Below, in pieces: positions 38,202 through 49,559 of a stretch of 64,000 nucleotides of DNA. The stretch lies in the NCBI GenBank assembly GCA_963675755.2, contig CAXXMD010000003.1, positions 3,168,001-3,232,000 of the forward strand, in the 5' to 3' direction. Source of the stretch: a bacterium. Lineage in GTDB: Bacteria > Zhuqueibacterota > Zhuqueibacteria > Residuimicrobiales > Krinioviventaceae. The notes beneath the pieces were generated by a model, which worked only from the letters and a program-made list of their open reading frames with translations, ran no database searches and was not told the DNA's origin. The number at the start of each line of letters is the position of its first letter. The stretch's first letter is position 1. Position numbers and translations under genes: made by a program.

Positions 38202-39338
38202 TCAATAATTAAAAATGCTTTTATTCTCGAGATGAAATGGTGTTTTATGAAATTTATCACCATTGATTAAAAGTTCTACAGCGTGAACTCCTGAATAGAA
38301 CTTGCGTGTTGTAAGTGGCATGAATTTATGCTTTTTTACAATACTAATTCTTTCAAATGGTTTGATTTGTTTTTTTGAGATTTTAAATACTTTGGGAGCA
38401 GTTTTGCCATTCGCTTTAACAAAGTGCACTAGATAATCTATCATCAGGTTTTGTGTAGAATCATGTTTGGATTCAATTGTAAAGTTGAATGTCAATTCTT
38501 GTCCCATTCTAACATTTTGGGGTATCAGGTTTATTGGGCTAATTTCTATTTGTGGGGAAAGCGTGTATCCCAATAGTTCAAGAGCTTCTTTGTTGCCTTG
38601 TTTAACCAATGTCCTTGCAGCGTGGCTTGTAATCCATTGTGTGCCTTTGTTATTGATTTTTTTCCATTGCTTCAAAGTATCTACAACAATATGGGGATTG
38701 TCTTTGGCTATGTCATTCAGATTATTTGCAACGGATCTGCGAACATATAACTCCGGATCATCTTTTAAAAGCTCCAGTAATTCAATTACCGGCCGGGGAT
38801 CTTTTTGAAACATTTTTAACCTTCTTCCCAATGGCAAGCGCGGACGAGTTCCCTCTGACACTAACCGACGAACATGGCAGTTGGAATCTTGAGCCCAGGT
38901 TTTAAGAATATTTAATGTTTTTTCTGGTTCTAATTCTAAAAAATATCCCAGGTCTCCTTCGGCAGAAAATCGTTTTGTCATTTCAAATAATGCATTCATT
39001 GATAAATCATAATGTTCAAGACCATACTTGCTAACATAACGTGTTTGTGGAATGATAATAAATCCGTTGTACCCGCTCAAATCATTTTGTTCCAATTCTG
39101 GCTCCAAAGCGTTTAGTAAAATTTCAACAGCTTGAGGAAAAGATTTGGGTAAGAATTGATATAAAGACTCGGTTATTAATGCAGACCTTTCGCCATATTG
39201 CAAATCATCAAGCTTTGGCAATATCGAATCCAAGAATCCTTTTTCATCAAAAGATGAACAGGCATGTGACAAACGTTTTGCGAATTTTTTTATTATTTCC
39301 TGATTAAAAACATTTCTGAATTGAAATCCTGTTTCCAT
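38202..39338 (-). CDS. DNA alkylation repair glycosylase (AlkC-like HEAT repeat with C-terminal Ig-like domain)
   Basis: TKRFSAE, HVRRLVSEGTRPRLP, YVRRSVANNLNDIAKD, TTRKFYSGVH. Confidence 0.85.
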   Translation of the reverse strand: METGFQFRNVFNQEIIKKFAKRLSHACSSFDEKGFLDSILPKLDDLQYGERSALITESLYQFLPKSFPQAVEILLNALEPELEQNDLSGYNGFIIIPQTRYVSKYGLEHYDLSMNALFEMTKRFSAEGDLGYFLELEPEKTLNILKTWAQDSNCHVRRLVSEGTRPRLPLGRRLKMFQKDPRPVIELLELLKDDPELYVRRSVANNLNDIAKDNPHIVVDTLKQWKKINNKGTQWITSHAARTLVKQGNKEALELLGYTLSPQIEISPINLIPQNVRMGQELTFNFTIESKHDSTQNLMIDYLVHFVKANGKTAPKVFKISKKQIKPFERISIVKKHKFMPLTTRKFYSGVHAVELLINGDKFHKTPFHLENKSIFNY

Positions 39339-39710
39339 AATTATTATCCATTTTTGATTTTACAGTATTATTTGTACAATATTTGTGTCTGGAATCCGTT
39401 AAAAATTTACAAGAAAGTATTGATTAATTACAGGTTTTGTAGTAAATTAACAGAATTATTTACTCATAGGGATTTTCTTTTTGTATTTTCTGAATATAAG
39501 AAATATATTATGGAAAATGCAAAACCATTTCAATGAAATTGTACAGATTAGGTGTATTATTTGAAAATTACTTGCTTGATGAATATATTGATTTTTAATA
39601 GTTTATTTATTATATTGGATGTTGTAATAAGAACCGGGAATTACCATCAAGCTAATACTGAATAGATAATCAAAGTTGGAATTGTAAAATAACAACAGGT
39701 GTTATTGAAA

Positions 39711-40205
39711 ATGAAAAAGAATCTTGTTCTGGTTTTATTGTTTTTATTTGCGGTTACTGCAGCAGCACAAACTGGTATTCCATCATCTGCTGGAGCTGGT
39801 GCATCACAATATGTATTAGGCAATAGCGATGAAGTTTTAATGCCCGTTAATGTGTGGGGATTTGTTGGAAAGCCAGGTCAATATATGGTACCCTACAAGA
39901 CAGATTTGGTGTCACTTTTATCTTATGCAGGTGGTCCACTTGAAGAAGCAAAGATAAAAAGCATTCGCGTGGTTCGTAGTGGAAAAAACGGCGAGGAAGG
40001 TCAGGTCATTGAAGTGAATGTTAAGGACTTTATTGAAAAAGGAAGTAGTGATCTTATTCCGGTTTTGGAACCTGGTGATACAATTGTTGTTTCTGGTACT
40101 ACTTTTAATTTTGTAAGAAACAGTTTGCAATTTGTAGTCCAGGTTGCAGCGCTTGCTCAGATTTATGCTATTATAGAGTATTATACTGCAAGAGCCAATG
40201 ATTAA
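39711..40205 (+). CDS. SLBB-domain polysaccharide export protein (Wza-like, short)
   Basis: VNVWGFVGKPGQY, LLSYAGG, LEPGDTIVV; directly upstream of wzc. Confidence 0.8.
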   Translation: MKKNLVLVLLFLFAVTAAAQTGIPSSAGAGASQYVLGNSDEVLMPVNVWGFVGKPGQYMVPYKTDLVSLLSYAGGPLEEAKIKSIRVVRSGKNGEEGQVIEVNVKDFIEKGSSDLIPVLEPGDTIVVSGTTFNFVRNSLQFVVQVAALAQIYAIIEYYTARAND

Positions 40206-40234
40206 TAGTAATTGAAACTTTTGGGAAAACAAGA

Positions 40235-42637
40235 ATGAATACATACAAAGAGCCAACAAACGGCAATGGGCAATATCCAATGAATTTTTTGGCATCGCAA
40301 GAGACCCAATTTAATTTTCAGGATTATATGCGGGTGATCTATAAAGGCCGATTTGTAATTATGGTTTCGTTTATTTTGATAATGTTTGTTACTGTTTATT
40401 ATACATTTACTACAGCACCCGTTTATGAAGCATCAGCAAAGATCATGATAGAAGATCAACAAGGGGTTGGTGAATCTTTGTTTGATATTTCTTCCATGAT
40501 GAAAAAAGAAACCATGATCAATAATCAGGTTGAGATCCTGAAAAGCCGTACATTGGCAGAACAGGTAATAAAAAAGCTGCAAGCTTCCAGATATGCTAAT
40601 GAATTGCGCATTTTAGGCAACTATCCTGAAGGTGAACAACCCAAAGAAGGCATTGTCTCCTCGTTAAAGGATTTTATTAAAGGTATTCTTGCAGGAAAAG
40701 GCGCCATAGAAGAAACGGATGAAGATATTTTTAATGGTTTTGTTCAGGATTTGAGGGATGTGATTGCTATCAGTCCTATTCGTAATACTGATATGATTGA
40801 AATCAAGGTAAGTGCGTTATCTGCAAAAGAAGCTGCATATTTAACCAATATAGTAGCTGATGTTTACAGTGAGATGAATCGTGATGATAGCCAGGCAGAG
40901 GTACGACAGGTAAAAGACTTTTTGGAAGATCAGCTGGCCCAATATGAAAGTGATTTGTCAAATTCTGAAGAAGATTTGAAAAATTATCGCGAGACTGCCA
41001 AAGTTATCGCGCTTGATACTGAAACACAAGAACTGATTGAAAAACTGACAGATTTTGAAACATTATATAACGAAGCAAAAACGTCAATTGAAGCTGCAAA
41101 GCAACGCTTGAAATACATTGACGGTCAACTGAGTAAACAACAACTGAATTTGGATGTGGAAGCGATTTCTTCACGTCCTTATCTTGAAGAATTGAAAAGA
41201 CAGATTGCAGAAAAAGAAGCCGAACTTTCTTCTATGATTGGTTCAATGATCTTTGTTGGTGAAGATTATGAAAATAATTATAAAATCAACTCTTTACGTA
41301 AACAGATTGAATCTCAAAAAGAAAAGTTCAAGATGGAAGTGGAAAAAATTGCGGTAACAGAGTTTATTGATCCATCTGTAATGTCAGGTACATTGATTGA
41401 AAATAAAATTGAAGTTGAAACAGAGATACAATCATTAAAGCCCCGTGTATTTGAATTGGGAAAACTTGTAGATCAATATCGGGGTGAGCTTGAAGACCTT
41501 CCTGAAAAAAGTTTAAAACTTGCACGACTTGAACGTGACGCCAAAGTGCAGGAAAAAATCTTTTTGATGCTGCAGGAAAAATATCAGGAATCCCGTATTA
41601 CTGAAGTTGGTCAATTGGGAATTGTACAAATTATTGATTATGCCAAAGCCCCCGATGATCCTGTAAAACCCAAGAAAAAAGTTAATTTGATTCTTGGATT
41701 CATGCTGGGTATTGGTTTGGGTGTAGGTATAGCTTTTGTAATTGATTATTTTGATAATTCAATAAATACAATTGAAGATGTAGAACGTCTTCATTTGCCT
41801 CTTATGGCTACTATTCCCTTTATTAAACCGGAACAGGGGAATGGCGTATTAGACCGTATGCGGTCTGTTGATGATACAGAAGCACAGGATATTAATGAGC
41901 GATTGATCACACACCTTAAACCCAAATCACCTATTTCAGAAGCTTATCGTACTTTACGTACCAATATTACATTTACTGCTCCTGAAAATCCCAAAAAGGT
42001 GATAATGGTTACCAGTAGTGGTCCTAAGGAAGGCAAGTCCACATCCATTTCAAATCTTGCAATTACCATTTCTCAAATGGGATCAAAAACTTTGTTAATC
42101 GATGCAGATCTTCGTCGTCCCATGTTGCACAAATTGTTTGGTAAAGAAAAACAATCCGGTTTAACCAATATACTCGTTGGTAAAGATACTATAGAATCCG
42201 CTGTTAAAGAGATAGGTAATTTACCGAATTTGCATTTATTGACTTGTGGTATTTTGCCCCCGAATCCCGCTGAACTTTTGGGTTCTGTGCAAATGAAAGA
42301 GTTTTTAAAAGATGTTAAAGAAAAATACGATATGATTCTTATAGACACACCACCTATTATTGCTGTAACAGATTCATCTGTTTTATCTACGATGGTAGAT
42401 GGTGTAATACTGGTTGTTCGCTCTGCACAAAGTAAGCGAGAAGCTGTTGTGCATGCGGTTGAACAATTAAAGCGTGTAGAAGCACCGGTATTGGGTGTTT
42501 TGCTCAACGGTATACAGGCCAAGAACGTTTATGGATCATATTATTATTATAATTACTATCATTATTACTATGGCGCCGATGGCGAAAAGAAAAAGAAACG
42601 TACCAAAAAACGTAGAAAAACAAAAAGTGCGTACTAG
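40235..42637 (+). CDS. wzc: Polysaccharide co-polymerase / BY tyrosine kinase
   Basis: Two TM segments around a coiled coil; EAYRTLRTN, Walker A GPKEGKS, IDADLRRP, IDTPP; Tyr cluster YGSYYYYNYYHYYY. Confidence 0.93.
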   Translation: MNTYKEPTNGNGQYPMNFLASQETQFNFQDYMRVIYKGRFVIMVSFILIMFVTVYYTFTTAPVYEASAKIMIEDQQGVGESLFDISSMMKKETMINNQVEILKSRTLAEQVIKKLQASRYANELRILGNYPEGEQPKEGIVSSLKDFIKGILAGKGAIEETDEDIFNGFVQDLRDVIAISPIRNTDMIEIKVSALSAKEAAYLTNIVADVYSEMNRDDSQAEVRQVKDFLEDQLAQYESDLSNSEEDLKNYRETAKVIALDTETQELIEKLTDFETLYNEAKTSIEAAKQRLKYIDGQLSKQQLNLDVEAISSRPYLEELKRQIAEKEAELSSMIGSMIFVGEDYENNYKINSLRKQIESQKEKFKMEVEKIAVTEFIDPSVMSGTLIENKIEVETEIQSLKPRVFELGKLVDQYRGELEDLPEKSLKLARLERDAKVQEKIFLMLQEKYQESRITEVGQLGIVQIIDYAKAPDDPVKPKKKVNLILGFMLGIGLGVGIAFVIDYFDNSINTIEDVERLHLPLMATIPFIKPEQGNGVLDRMRSVDDTEAQDINERLITHLKPKSPISEAYRTLRTNITFTAPENPKKVIMVTSSGPKEGKSTSISNLAITISQMGSKTLLIDADLRRPMLHKLFGKEKQSGLTNILVGKDTIESAVKEIGNLPNLHLLTCGILPPNPAELLGSVQMKEFLKDVKEKYDMILIDTPPIIAVTDSSVLSTMVDGVILVVRSAQSKREAVVHAVEQLKRVEAPVLGVLLNGIQAKNVYGSYYYYNYYHYYYGADGEKKKKRTKKRRKTKSAY

Positions 42638-42657
42638 ATCGTCGATTTTGGTAAGAA

Positions 42658-43629
42658 TTGCTAAGGAGTAAGGAAATTAATAATTTTGCACTGATTGGGG
42701 CCGCGGGCTATATTGCCCCCAGACATTTGAACGCTATCAAGGAAACAGGCAATCAACTAGTGTGTGCCTTGGATACAAGCGATTCAGTGGGGATTTTGGA
42801 TCGATATTTTGATGATGTTGATTTTTTTACTGAATTTGAGAGGTTTGACAGGCACATTGACAAGCTGCGTAGACTAGATACACCTAAAAAAATTGATTAT
42901 GTGAGTATCTGTTCACCCAACTATTTGCATGACGCACATATTCGATTTGCACTTCGTTCTGAAGCAGACGCTATCTGTGAAAAACCTCTTATGTTGAATC
43001 CTTGGAATTGTGATGCATTGATGCAGGTTGAAGAATTGTTTGGGAAAAAAGTGTACAATGTTTTGCAGCTTCGTGTACATCCTGCTATTGTTGAGTTGAA
43101 AAAGAAAATTCAGGCATCAAAGGGCAAACGCCATTCAATCGATTTAACGTATATCACTTCTCGTGGAAAATGGTATTTTTACTCCTGGAAAGGTGATATT
43201 ACAAAGTCAGGTGGAGTCGCTACCAATATTGGTATCCATTTTTTTGACATGTTGTTATGGATTTTTGGCGATGTGAAAAAATCGGTTGTGCATCATTCTG
43301 ATTACAAGAAAGCAGCTGGCTTTCTTGAACTTGAAAATGCAGATGTGAGATGGTTTTTGTCTCTTGATAAAAACGATTTACCGGAGCAGGCAGTTAAAGA
43401 AGGGAATTCAACATTCCGATCCATTACAGTTGATGATGATGAAATTGAATTTTCAGGTGGTTTTACGGATTTGCATACCATTGTTTATAATGATATTTTA
43501 AATGGTAAGGGATATGGCATCTCTGATGCAAAACCATCTATTCAAGTAGCATATGATATCCGACATGCAGAGCCCGAAGGCTGGGCTGGTAAAATGTATC
43601 ATCCGTATTTAAACAGGATAAGCAGTTAA
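42658..43629 (+). CDS. wbpB: UDP-GlcNAcA 3-dehydrogenase (WbpB/WlbA, Gfo/Idh/MocA family); start may be ATT at 42676
   Basis: NFALIGAAGYIAPRH, ICSPNYLHDAH, CEKP, SGGVATNIGIHFFD. Confidence 0.88.
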   Translation: MLRSKEINNFALIGAAGYIAPRHLNAIKETGNQLVCALDTSDSVGILDRYFDDVDFFTEFERFDRHIDKLRRLDTPKKIDYVSICSPNYLHDAHIRFALRSEADAICEKPLMLNPWNCDALMQVEELFGKKVYNVLQLRVHPAIVELKKKIQASKGKRHSIDLTYITSRGKWYFYSWKGDITKSGGVATNIGIHFFDMLLWIFGDVKKSVVHHSDYKKAAGFLELENADVRWFLSLDKNDLPEQAVKEGNSTFRSITVDDDEIEFSGGFTDLHTIVYNDILNGKGYGISDAKPSIQVAYDIRHAEPEGWAGKMYHPYLNRISS

Positions 43630-43679
43630 TTGACATTCCGCAATTGTTTAATTATTTGTTATTCATATACCTAATGGTT

Positions 43680-44282
43680 ATGACAGAAAACATTATAAAA
43701 CATAATTTTTTATTGAATTTTCAGGATCGCGAAAAATTAAACAGGCACAAAGGTGCCTGTTTGTGGTTTACGGGTTTATCTGGTAGTGGTAAATCCACAA
43801 TTGCCAATTTGTTGGATAAAGCCCTTTATGATCTTGAAATCCATTCTTATATTTTGGATGGCGATAATATACGTACCGGTTTGAATCAGGATTTGGGATT
43901 TTCTCCTCAGGATAGAGTAGAGAATATCCGACGAATAGGTCATGTGTCAAAATTATTCGTTGATAGCGGGATTTTGGTACTGACATCATTTATATCCCCG
44001 TATCGTCAAGACAGGGATAGTGTTAGAGAATTGTTTGATATTGATAGATTTATTGAAATTTATGTAAAATGTTCTTTGGATGTATGTAAATCCCGCGATC
44101 CAAAAGGGCTGTATAAAAAAGCAATGAATGGAGAAATTCAGGACTTTACAGGTATTTCGGCACCTTATGAAGAACCGATTGAACCGGAAATTGTTTTGGA
44201 AAATAATGATAATAATGACTTGGAAACGAGTGTGAAAAGAATACTCGATTATTTGAGAAACAAAAATATAATTAGTGTTTGA
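43680..44282 (+). CDS. cysC: Adenylyl-sulfate kinase
   Basis: [35 protein letters not shown]. Confidence 0.96.
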   Translation: MTENIIKHNFLLNFQDREKLNRHKGACLWFTGLSGSGKSTIANLLDKALYDLEIHSYILDGDNIRTGLNQDLGFSPQDRVENIRRIGHVSKLFVDSGILVLTSFISPYRQDRDSVRELFDIDRFIEIYVKCSLDVCKSRDPKGLYKKAMNGEIQDFTGISAPYEEPIEPEIVLENNDNNDLETSVKRILDYLRNKNIISV

Positions 44283-44290
44283 GGTTAATT

Positions 44291-45172
44291 ATGGACCATT
44301 TGGAACAACTGGAAAATAAAAGTATATATATATTGCGCGAAGCTTATGCAAATTTTAAAAATCTTTGTATGCTTTGGTCAATTGGTAAAGATAGCACGGT
44401 CTTGCTGTGGTTAGCAAGGAAGGCCTTTTTTAGTCATGTACCTATCCCGCTAGTTCATATAGATACTGCTTACAAAATTCCGGAAATGATAGAGTACCGC
44501 GACAAGCTGGCTATGGAATGGTCATTAACTATGATTTATGGCCAAAATGAAGAAGCTTTAAAAGCGAAACGTACGTTTCCTGATGGAAATGCTGATCGTA
44601 TTACCTGTTGTCGTCTGTTAAAAACAGAAGCATTAGTTAATACATTGAATGGTGCTGGTAAACGCTATCGTTTGAATTTGGAAACGGGTAAGTATGAGGT
44701 TGATACCAATACCGAGCCCTACACGGGTGTTATTGTAGGGGCTCGTGCTGATGAAGAAGGCAGCCGTTCAAAAGAAAGATATTTTTCTCCTAGAGATCAG
44801 GAAAGTATATGGGATATTGGCGACCAGCCACCCGAATTCTGGAATCAGTATAAAACTGACTTTGCTCCCGGGACGCATGTACGGGTGCATCCATTATTAG
44901 ATTGGACTGAATTGAATATTTGGGAATATATAAAACGTGAGAATATTCCAACAGTGTCTTTATATTATAACCAGGGAGAAGGAAAACGTTACCGCTCTTT
45001 GGGATGTTATCCCTGTACCTTCCCGGTAGAGTCTGACGCCCAAAATGTTGATGAGATTATTGAAGAATTAAAAACCGGCAAATTTGCTAATATTGCTGAA
45101 CGGTCAGGACGAGCACAGGACAAAGATGATGGTGGCGGCCTTGAAACTTTGAGACGTGATGGGTATATGTAA
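44291..45172 (+). CDS. cysD: Sulfate adenylyltransferase subunit 2
   Basis: [29 protein letters not shown], terminal GYM. Confidence 0.95.
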   Translation: MDHLEQLENKSIYILREAYANFKNLCMLWSIGKDSTVLLWLARKAFFSHVPIPLVHIDTAYKIPEMIEYRDKLAMEWSLTMIYGQNEEALKAKRTFPDGNADRITCCRLLKTEALVNTLNGAGKRYRLNLETGKYEVDTNTEPYTGVIVGARADEEGSRSKERYFSPRDQESIWDIGDQPPEFWNQYKTDFAPGTHVRVHPLLDWTELNIWEYIKRENIPTVSLYYNQGEGKRYRSLGCYPCTFPVESDAQNVDEIIEELKTGKFANIAERSGRAQDKDDGGGLETLRRDGYM

Positions 45173-45190
45173 TCTTATAGGATGTTTTAA

Positions 45191-46984
45191 ATGAAAGAAC
45201 AAATGAATATAGTGATTGCCGGGCACGTTGATCACGGTAAAAGTACCATTATTGGTAGAATGCTTGCGGATACCAAGTCTTTACCTGAAGGAAAGCTGGA
45301 GCAGGTTAAAGCCAATTGTAAATTGAATTCCAAGCCTTTTGAATATGCATTCTTACTGGATGCTCTTAAAGATGAGCAGGCACAGGGTATAACCATTGAC
45401 TCTGCGCGTGTATTTTTTAAAACTGAAAAACGGCATTATATTATTATTGATGCACCTGGCCATATTGAATTCCTGAAAAATATGGTATCTGGGGCTTCAA
45501 GAGCCGAAGCAGGATTGCTGGTTATTGATGCGTATGAAGGTATACAAGAAAATTCCAGACGGCATGGATATATGCTGTCTATGTTGGGTATTAAACAGAT
45601 AGCAATTCTTGTAAATAAAATGGATTTGGTAAATTATGACCCAAAAGTATATGATGCTATTGTTAAAGAATATCGGGAATTCCTTGCAAAGATTGATGTA
45701 GAACCAAAATGTTTTATACCTGTTAGTGGCAGGGAAGGAGATAATATTACTTCAAGCATCAATCATATGGATTGGTATCAGGGTGATTGTCTTTTAGATA
45801 TATTGGATGATTTTGAAAAAGAAAAACCGGATTTTAAAAAACCATTTCGGTTCCCGGTTCAAGATGTTTACAAGTTTACCAATAAAAAAGATGACCGTCG
45901 CATTGTTGCCGGAAATGTAGAGAGTGGCAGTATTAAAGTTGGAACAGAAGTCGTTTTTTATCCTTCAGGAAAACGCAGTAGAATTAAATCCATTGAAGGC
46001 TTTAATATTGATCCCAAGGATACCGCATATGTAGGCGAGTCCGCAGGGTTTACTCTTGAAGAGCAGATCTATGTAACTCGTGGTGACATCATGACAAACG
46101 CTGCAGAAATAAAACCCGAGGTTGCGCGTAGACTACGGTTAAATCTTTTCTGGATGGGCAAAGAACCCTTTGTTAAAAATAAAGATTACTTTTTAAAAGT
46201 GGGTACAACCAAAGTACGCTGCCGTTTGGAAGAAATACATAGGTTGATCAATGCTTCAGACCTTAACTCCATTCAAAGTGAACAAGTTAACCGGCATGAT
46301 GTTGCTGAATGTACATTACAGTTAAATAAAGCAATTGCTTTTGATACGGTAGATCAGATTGCCACTACGAGCCGTTTTGTGATTGTCGATGATTACGAGA
46401 TTGTAGGTGGCGGCATTATCAAAGAGCCTCTTGAAGATAAATTGGCATGGGTTCGTGATAAAGTGATTCTTCGTAATTATAAATGGGAAAAGAGCATTAT
46501 TACAGAAGACCAACGGGCTGAAAAGTATAACCAAAAATCGGTTATGATAATTTTAACGGGTCCCCAAAAAGTTGGCAAGAAAGAAGTAGCAAAATCCCTG
46601 GAAGCCAATCTTTTTAATGATGGCAAATGGGTTTATTTTCTTGGTATTGGTAATGTGCTTTATGGTGTAGATGCAGATATTAAAAAACAAGATAATGCAG
46701 AGAACCGTCAAGAGCACCTGCGTAGATTGTCTGAAGTGGGACATCTGTTACTTGATTCGGGAATGATTTTAATCGTTACAGCTGTAGAGCTGACTCAGGA
46801 TGACCTTGAAATTATTAAAACGACGATTCATCCTGATAAGATCAAAGTTGTGTGGGTTGGAGATGAATTAACCACTGATGTTTCTTTTGATGCCAAGGTG
46901 CCGGGCTTGATGGATGTTGATGAATCTGTAGTTAAATTAAAAACTATATTGCAGGATAATGGCTTTATTTATAAACCTTGGTGA
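45191..46984 (+). CDS. cysN: Sulfate adenylyltransferase subunit 1 with a degenerate C-terminal APS-kinase-like domain
   Basis: [24 protein letters not shown]; C-terminal [12 protein letters not shown]. Confidence 0.92.
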   Translation: MKEQMNIVIAGHVDHGKSTIIGRMLADTKSLPEGKLEQVKANCKLNSKPFEYAFLLDALKDEQAQGITIDSARVFFKTEKRHYIIIDAPGHIEFLKNMVSGASRAEAGLLVIDAYEGIQENSRRHGYMLSMLGIKQIAILVNKMDLVNYDPKVYDAIVKEYREFLAKIDVEPKCFIPVSGREGDNITSSINHMDWYQGDCLLDILDDFEKEKPDFKKPFRFPVQDVYKFTNKKDDRRIVAGNVESGSIKVGTEVVFYPSGKRSRIKSIEGFNIDPKDTAYVGESAGFTLEEQIYVTRGDIMTNAAEIKPEVARRLRLNLFWMGKEPFVKNKDYFLKVGTTKVRCRLEEIHRLINASDLNSIQSEQVNRHDVAECTLQLNKAIAFDTVDQIATTSRFVIVDDYEIVGGGIIKEPLEDKLAWVRDKVILRNYKWEKSIITEDQRAEKYNQKSVMIILTGPQKVGKKEVAKSLEANLFNDGKWVYFLGIGNVLYGVDADIKKQDNAENRQEHLRRLSEVGHLLLDSGMILIVTAVELTQDDLEIIKTTIHPDKIKVVWVGDELTTDVSFDAKVPGLMDVDESVVKLKTILQDNGFIYKPW

Positions 46985-47003
46985 TTTTGGGAGCGAATAG
47001 TAA

Positions 47004-48782
47004 TTGCTAAGCTTTTCATTTATATATACAGTAATTGTTGTTTTGGGAATGACTGCTATTTTAATGCTTGACTTGTATGAAGCTGAAATTGTAGTCTTTG
47101 CTTCATTGATTTTGTTGGTTTTGGGTGGAATCATTGATACAAAAGAAGCTTTTGCCGGATTTTCTAATCATGGAATGATTACCGTTGCATTTTTATTTAT
47201 TGTTGCAGCTTCTATTCAAAAAACCGGTTTACTAAACAAGCTTTCTACTTTATTGTTGGGTAGAAATAACAAACACATGTCTTTCAAGCTATTCAGATTT
47301 CTTGTGCCGGTTTCGACCTTTTCAGCATTTTTTAACAACACACCTATTGTTGCGATGTTGATACCTTCGTTACGCTATTGGGCTCGAAAACATAATATTT
47401 CCGCATCAAAATTATTAATCCCTTTATCTTATGCTGCTATCCTGGGAGGAACGTGTACCTTAATTGGCACCAGTACTAATCTTGTTGTCCATGGTTTGAT
47501 GATCGAGAATGATTACCAGGGATTTTCATTGTTCGAGTTTACCAAAGTTGGACTCCCCATGGCAATTGTTGGATTGCTTTTTACCGCATTTGTAGGAATC
47601 CGATTGCTGCCTGATAGAAAAGAAATGGTTGTCCAGCTTTCTGACAATATTCGCGAATTTGTTGTGGGATTAAAAGTCCAGGAGGACTATCAGGCTATTG
47701 GAAAGACTATTGAGAATGCTGGCCTGCGCCACCTCAGTGGACTGTTTTTGTTTCAGATTGAAAGAAATGAAAAGATTATTACTCCTGTGGGACCGGAAGA
47801 GAAAATAAAGCTGAATGATCGGTTATATTTTACAGGACTTCCAGAGACGATTGTTGAGCTGCAGAAAACCCAGGGACTGGTTCTCCTACAAGATAACTTG
47901 ATTGACCTTAAACAATATGATTCTGATAAATATAAAACTTTTGAAGTCGTTATATCACAAAATTCACAATTGGTAGGCCAAAAAGTTAAAGACAGTGATT
48001 TCCGCAGAAAGTACAATGCGGTTATTTTGGGTATTCATCGCAGCGGTGAGCGCATTCAGAAAAAGATTGGGGATATTGTACTGCATGTTGGCGACACGTT
48101 GTTTATTCTTGCGGATAATGGATTTCTAAAAAAGTGGTACTATTCAACCGAGTTTAATCTGGTTTCAGAATCGTTCTCATATCCTTCCAAACCGGGTTGG
48201 TATACGCCTTTTGCGTTGATTGTATTGCTTGCCATGATTATTGTAATGGGATTCAATCTGCTCCCTATTGTACTGGCTGTTGCGGTAGCTGCCATGATCT
48301 ATATTTTAAGTAAATGTATTTCTCCTGCTGAAGCGTTGAGCAGCATTAATTGGAGTATTCTGTTAATCATAGCGTCTTCATTTGGAATCTCCAAGGCGTT
48401 GGTTAACTCGGGTGTGGCTACGTTTGTTGCACATGAAATTTTGGGGGTTTTTAGCGGCATGGGTGTTTTTGTGATTTTGGCTGTCATTTATTATATGACC
48501 AGCTTTTACACCGAGGTAATCACAAATAACTCGGCTGCCGCGCTCATGTTCCCCATAGCGTTGTCTGTTGCAAATCAGGCGGGTCTTGATCCACGGCCAT
48601 TTTTCATTGCAACCGCTTTGGCTGCTTCGGCAAGCTTTTCTACGCCGATAGGATACCAGACCAACCTGATGGTTTATGGTCCGGGTGGATACAAATTCCG
48701 CGATTTCCTAAAAATTGGCCTACCAATGAATATTTTTATTGGACTTTTAGCAATTGTTTTGCTATATTGGTTCTACTTTTAG
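47004..48782 (+). CDS. SLC13/DASS permease with TrkA-C domains (probable sulfate transporter)
   Basis: SAFFNNTPIVA, LGGTCTLIGTSTN, TPIGYQTNLMVYGPGGY. Confidence 0.9.
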   Translation: MLSFSFIYTVIVVLGMTAILMLDLYEAEIVVFASLILLVLGGIIDTKEAFAGFSNHGMITVAFLFIVAASIQKTGLLNKLSTLLLGRNNKHMSFKLFRFLVPVSTFSAFFNNTPIVAMLIPSLRYWARKHNISASKLLIPLSYAAILGGTCTLIGTSTNLVVHGLMIENDYQGFSLFEFTKVGLPMAIVGLLFTAFVGIRLLPDRKEMVVQLSDNIREFVVGLKVQEDYQAIGKTIENAGLRHLSGLFLFQIERNEKIITPVGPEEKIKLNDRLYFTGLPETIVELQKTQGLVLLQDNLIDLKQYDSDKYKTFEVVISQNSQLVGQKVKDSDFRRKYNAVILGIHRSGERIQKKIGDIVLHVGDTLFILADNGFLKKWYYSTEFNLVSESFSYPSKPGWYTPFALIVLLAMIIVMGFNLLPIVLAVAVAAMIYILSKCISPAEALSSINWSILLIIASSFGISKALVNSGVATFVAHEILGVFSGMGVFVILAVIYYMTSFYTEVITNNSAAALMFPIALSVANQAGLDPRPFFIATALAASASFSTPIGYQTNLMVYGPGGYKFRDFLKIGLPMNIFIGLLAIVLLYWFYF

Positions 48783-48794
48783 GATGAGGGGTTA

Positions 48795-49559
48795 TTGGCA
48801 GTAGAAATCGACAAAATTTGCGCTATCGCTGTGGAAGCGGGTAAAGAAATCCTCAATATTTACGAATCGAGCGATTTCGAGGTTGAGATGAAAAGCGATA
48901 ACAGTCCTTTAACTATTGCGGACAAACGATCACACTCGGTGATCAAAACTCAACTTGAATTGCATTATCCGGATATACCCGTGCTTTCAGAAGAAGGCAG
49001 GGAGATTTCTTATGCTGAGCGCAAAAATTGGAACCCCTTTTGGTTGGTTGATCCGCTGGACGGAACCAAAGAGTTTATAAAGCGCAATGGTGAATTTACT
49101 GTAAATATTGCGCTGATTGAAAATAATTTGCCGGTTTTGGGTGTTATATATGCACCGGTGCCAGATACGCTCTATTACGCAAATCAGAGCAATGGCGCCT
49201 ATATAAAACATTCGGACTCGGCCCCGTTGCCCATTCATACGGATACTGATACTGTGGATGGCGTGGTGATTGTCCGGAGCCGCTCGCACGCGTTGGATGC
49301 TGAGGAAGAGCTTTACAGCCGCTATACCGTCAAAGACGAGATTGCGGTGGGAAGTTCGCTCAAATTCTGCATGCTGGCCGAGGGCAAGGCGCATGTGTAT
49401 TACCGTCATGGTCCCACGATGGAGTGGGACACTGCAGCAGGACACGCCATAGCAAACGCCGCCGGTGCCAGGGTAACCCAACCGGATGGCAGTGCGTTTA
49501 CCTATAATAAACCCGAGTTGTTGAACGGCCCGTTTTTGGCAAGTGTAACCAATGTGTGA
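48795..49559 (+). CDS. cysQ: 3'(2'),5'-bisphosphate nucleotidase
   Basis: KSDNSPLTIAD, LSEE, WLVDPLDGTKEF, GSSLKFC, EWDTAAG. Confidence 0.95.
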   Translation: MAVEIDKICAIAVEAGKEILNIYESSDFEVEMKSDNSPLTIADKRSHSVIKTQLELHYPDIPVLSEEGREISYAERKNWNPFWLVDPLDGTKEFIKRNGEFTVNIALIENNLPVLGVIYAPVPDTLYYANQSNGAYIKHSDSAPLPIHTDTDTVDGVVIVRSRSHALDAEEELYSRYTVKDEIAVGSSLKFCMLAEGKAHVYYRHGPTMEWDTAAGHAIANAAGARVTQPDGSAFTYNKPELLNGPFLASVTNV

